A stretch of 63,702 nucleotides of DNA, filler included, from Licmophora abbreviata (taxonomy: Eukaryota): the NCBI GenBank assembly GCA_900291995.1. It is 8 parts of 8 records of this genome, joined end to end, with 100 filler letters (N's around TTAATTAATTAA, not from the genome) between each part and the next. Parts side by side here need not be neighbours in the genome. Positions count along the whole stretch, not along the records: positions 47,782 to 62,468 come from OLMU01000715.1; positions 62,569 to 63,702 come from OLMU01000718.1; 6 more parts are not named here. One strand, given 5' to 3'. Made by a program: the position numbers and the translations under genes. Numbering within the stretch: position 1 is the stretch's first letter; every line of letters begins with the position of its first letter. Shown here piece by piece: positions 60,416-63,702 of the stretch. The notes beneath the pieces are model-generated. The model was not told the DNA's origin and ran no database searches. It was given only the letters and a program-made list of their open reading frames with translations.

Positions 60416-62468
60416 ATGGGCAAAGACGTCGATGTGGAAGCTGCCACTGTGGCATCCATCGAAACAAGCGCCTCTGCGACCGACTCGCTCACGCTTACCT
60501 CCGGCCCAGGAAAGACAAAACGTCAAAAGCGCACACTACGAAACCGCTTGTTGTTTGCCGCCAGGAGCATTCTCTTTCTATGGATCACTAGTCCAAATGT
60601 GGCTATCAATACAGCGGGGCGCGCCGTCGGCCCTTTCCCATCATGGGACGAGGTTCGAAATGCGCAAAAGACTCTTGAAGATTTCGTGGATCTCGTCGCG
60701 CGTCATGGAACTCTGTCTCTCGAAGAAGCCTACAGTGTATGCCGGGACAATCTTGCGAAAGCTACACGCAATTTGAACTTCAAAACCGGGGAAGAACGCG
60801 ACGTGAATAAAGCTATGATCGACTTCGTCAGCTCAGATCAAGAAGACTTCAAGGCTGATGTAACGACTCTGTACAGGGTAGTCGAATCACGAGAGCACTC
60901 AATACCTTTCACAAATGCATCTAACTGTTCCGCCACAGATCACGAACAAGTTCAGGCGCGAATCGGAGGCAACAATGACTCTGTCCTCTCCCAAACGAGC
61001 GGCATCACCTCCAACTTTTTGAACGACGTTGAGTCCAGAGTCAGACTTCTCGTGGACTATGCTGCTGAACGCTCCAATTATGATATTGAGTACTTGGCAA
61101 ACAAAACTGGACTGGCACTCCTCGAGCTCGACGGCTTCGGCAGCTTTGGTGGTCTAGACACGCTGAACGTTTCAGACATTCTCGAAGACCTTCGCCTGGA
61201 TCTAGTTTCATCGTTGTTCTGTGATGTGTCTAGTGGGAAATCATGTCACTTTCACGCGCTCACGTCAGCCGTGAAGGAAGTGATTGACGAAGCAAACACG
61301 TTGGTGGTGCACCTTACCCGTCAGCTTGCCGAATACCGTCAAGCTATTCTGGAGATGTCCGAACACATTGATGAATTGAGCGGACTCGTACTGAATATAT
61401 ATAGTGGTGAGTGCTCTCTGTCCGGTCAGCGGCTAGATGCTGCCTGCCTTCTTCCTTGTCTCACCCTTTCAATACAAAAAAAACAACAGGTCTGCGCGTG
61501 GCAAAAGAGACATTTCCGAATTTGGCGTCCTTCTTCGGTGATGGCCTGGACATCGACGTTATTCCATCGCTTCCCCGCGGAATCTCATTTGCTCCCTCAT
61601 CGCTGAATTTCATTCCCGACTTCACTGATTTTTCGTTGGACCTGCAGTTACAAACATTTGAGGCGAATGTGCTCGCCAGTTTCGATAGTCTCTTTCGGGA
61701 TGCTCGAATCGCTGTGCAATTTAGACTGAATGCATCGCTTCATACCTTCACGAGCAACCTCACCGGGATTCTTGGCCTCGATGATTACGACCCGCCGCAG
61801 TACCAGGGCTCCAGCTCGTCCGTTAGAAACCCAGAGCAAGAAATTGCTCAGTACAATGAGCTAAGCGAGGTAAGTGGATTGATCGCTAGCAATTCGGTTT
61901 GGTCTGATGTCAATTCGATCGCTCACAGTTTCTGTTTTCTGTACCGGTAGATTTTCAAAGACGATCTCTACGAATCGTTGAACGCCATCCCAACATCGTC
62001 CTCACCAATCTCCGACAGTGTGTCGATTGACATTCCTGGATTGAACATCACCAATGTAAGGAGCGATGTCGCGCAGGCATCGGTAAACCTTACACCGTTC
62101 GGGAACCTAAGCTTCAACTTTCCTCGCGCATGGAGTATTCTCGTCGCCATCTTCATGTGGAGAGCGTATTTGATACGCACGCTGAATGTGTACAACTCAT
62201 TCAAAAAAGTCTGGCGATACTGGGAAAACACCTCTATCCCACTCCCGGTTGTTGATGACACAGACGTTGTGGTACGACAGGAACGAAAAGAGAAACCCTC
62301 GAAATCTCTCTTTTATAAATTGAGTGCCATTGCTTTGAGTGACCGGGTCGGTTCCATTCTCAGATGGACGGCACTCTCGCTCGGGGTCGGGCTGGCGGCC
62401 CTTGTCTACCGACAGTACTTTGTCCACTACCACAATCGCTGTGTCTCCTCCCTTCAAGGCACGGATAT
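60416..62468 (+). CDS. Hypothetical membrane protein, multi-exon, truncated by the gap
   Basis: Three consecutive long ORFs linked by GT-AG introns (~61407-61489, ~61870-61950); hydrophobic segments near both ends. Confidence 0.6.
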
Positions 62469-62570
62469 NNNNNNNNNNNNNNNNNNNNNNNNNNNNNNNN
62501 NNNNNNNNNNNNTTAATTAATTAANNNNNNNNNNNNNNNNNNNNNNNNNNNNNNNNNNNNNNNNNNNNAT

Positions 62571-62885
62571 ACGGTACCCGCAGAAGAGTCGCTGTTTGAT
62601 GGCGAGTGCTATGTCTTCGATCAACGGACAGCTGTCTCACATGGCTTAGAACCCTCCACCAAGTATGTGTCATGCTTTGGGTGTCGCAGTCCGCTCTTAC
62701 GGAAGGACCGAGAGCGAGATGACTACGTCGAAGGGATCTCGTGCCGTTACTGCATTGACGACCTGACAGACAAGAGGCAGGAGCGCCTCGAAGAACGGCA
62801 AAGGCAAGTTTATTTGGCTGCCAAGGAAGGAAACCCACATATGTACGACCACAAAGAAAGACCTCCAGTGCGCGAAGTTTTATAA
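62571..62885 (+). CDS. C-terminal part of a rhodanese-family tRNA U34 hydroxylase-like protein (TrhO/YceA)
   Basis: EESLFDGECYVFDQR..CFGCRSPL..YVEGISCRYC..ERQRQ; 5' part lost in the gap. Confidence 0.85.
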   Translation, partial: TVPAEESLFDGECYVFDQRTAVSHGLEPSTKYVSCFGCRSPLLRKDRERDDYVEGISCRYCIDDLTDKRQERLEERQRQVYLAAKEGNPHMYDHKERPPVREVL

Positions 62886-62938
62886 TGTCTTGTGTAGGAC
62901 TCTACCGATCTCGTCGTCTCAAATACAATTCCAGTCCG

Positions 62939-63522
62939 TCAAAAGATACCAGGGATATCCGGTAGTGCATTCCTTGCGCGATCCTGCAGCTTCGATGGTG
63001 AAAAGTTGGAAAAGCGATTCGCGGAACTTTGCATCGCAATGCCCTCCGAGTCAGTTCCAGTCCACACGACATACATTTGCACATCACACGTAACATCGCT
63101 GTCCGACTCGATTACATCGCACTGCTGAGTGTTAAAGTAGCAGCCCTTACTGGGAGCACCGGACTGGCGTTCATCGGCCGAGTTCCCATCAAAGTCATAG
63201 GTATTTTCGAGACATCGTCCGCTGGAACAAAAGACACATGCATCGTCCCAAGCAATGCCTTGCACAATTCCATCCTTGACGTCGATAATGGCAGTGAGGA
63301 AGGGGAAGACGCGATTATTGTCCTGATCATAGTAAACACGCAACCAACTCAGTCTTGGGATGTCCAGGAAGCGATGAATGAATGGGTGAGTGAACTGCGT
63401 CGGATGAGAGGGGACAAGCTAGCTCGTTCGATGATGACTTACTGGTCTTGTGATGCTGTGTGTATGGTCATATTTTCTTTCAGCTCAGTCTTCTGTTCAA
63501 ACACCAGGTCATTGTACGCTAA
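62939..63522 (-). CDS. Hypothetical Cys-containing protein, 3' exons
   Basis: ORF LRVYYD..LTAIIDVKDGIVQGIAWDDACVFC..YVVWTGTD; upstream exon ~63442-63522; 5' end unresolved. Confidence 0.6.
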
Positions 63523-63702
63523 AAGGGGAAGATGGGGGAGACAATCGTGGGGATTAGAGCAATACCAGGTGTGCAGGGAGCAGACACTGTTGACCGCGTC
63601 ATCCAAACAGTATTTCCATATTGCCAGCCGGAAATTACCATAGTAATATACAGAAATACCCTATTCACCACACAAACGTACAATTCGGAATACGAAAGCG
63701 AG

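Overview
Gene-dense eukaryotic nuclear DNA, most consistent with a diatom (stramenopile): short GT-AG introns, bipartite signal-peptide plus 'AF' plastid-targeting presequences, and very short intergenic spacers. The window is a scaffold of 8 contigs joined by artificial ~100-nt N-TTAATTAATTAA-N spacers; two genes (cytochrome c1, Fpg) read across spacers, so contig order is meaningful. About 32 protein genes are supported, including a serine carboxypeptidase, Nudix-like protein, CP12-like protein, dapA, LysM protein, Myb/telobox protein, ispG, PNPase, CMC2, cytochrome c1, SPC25, LMF, a myosin, TAF6, eL42, POP4, phytoene synthase, LETM1-like, Fpg, a GT60 glycosyltransferase, a MATE transporter, ataxin-2/PBP1, TTC1, an HA-repeat protein and a TrhO-like fragment. 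The best lead is an ovothiol locus: a full three-domain ovoA with a mitochondrial-type presequence sits head-to-head with a stand-alone paralogue of its own methyltransferase domain, a candidate for the extra N-methylation giving ovothiol B/C. Also noted: a Cys-rich module shared by two tandem secreted proteins, three single-base frameshifts in short homopolymers (probably assembly errors), a recurrent non-coding TACCGGTA palindrome and a low-GC, CpG-depleted island with a 108-bp duplication. All family calls are by motif recognition, not database search.
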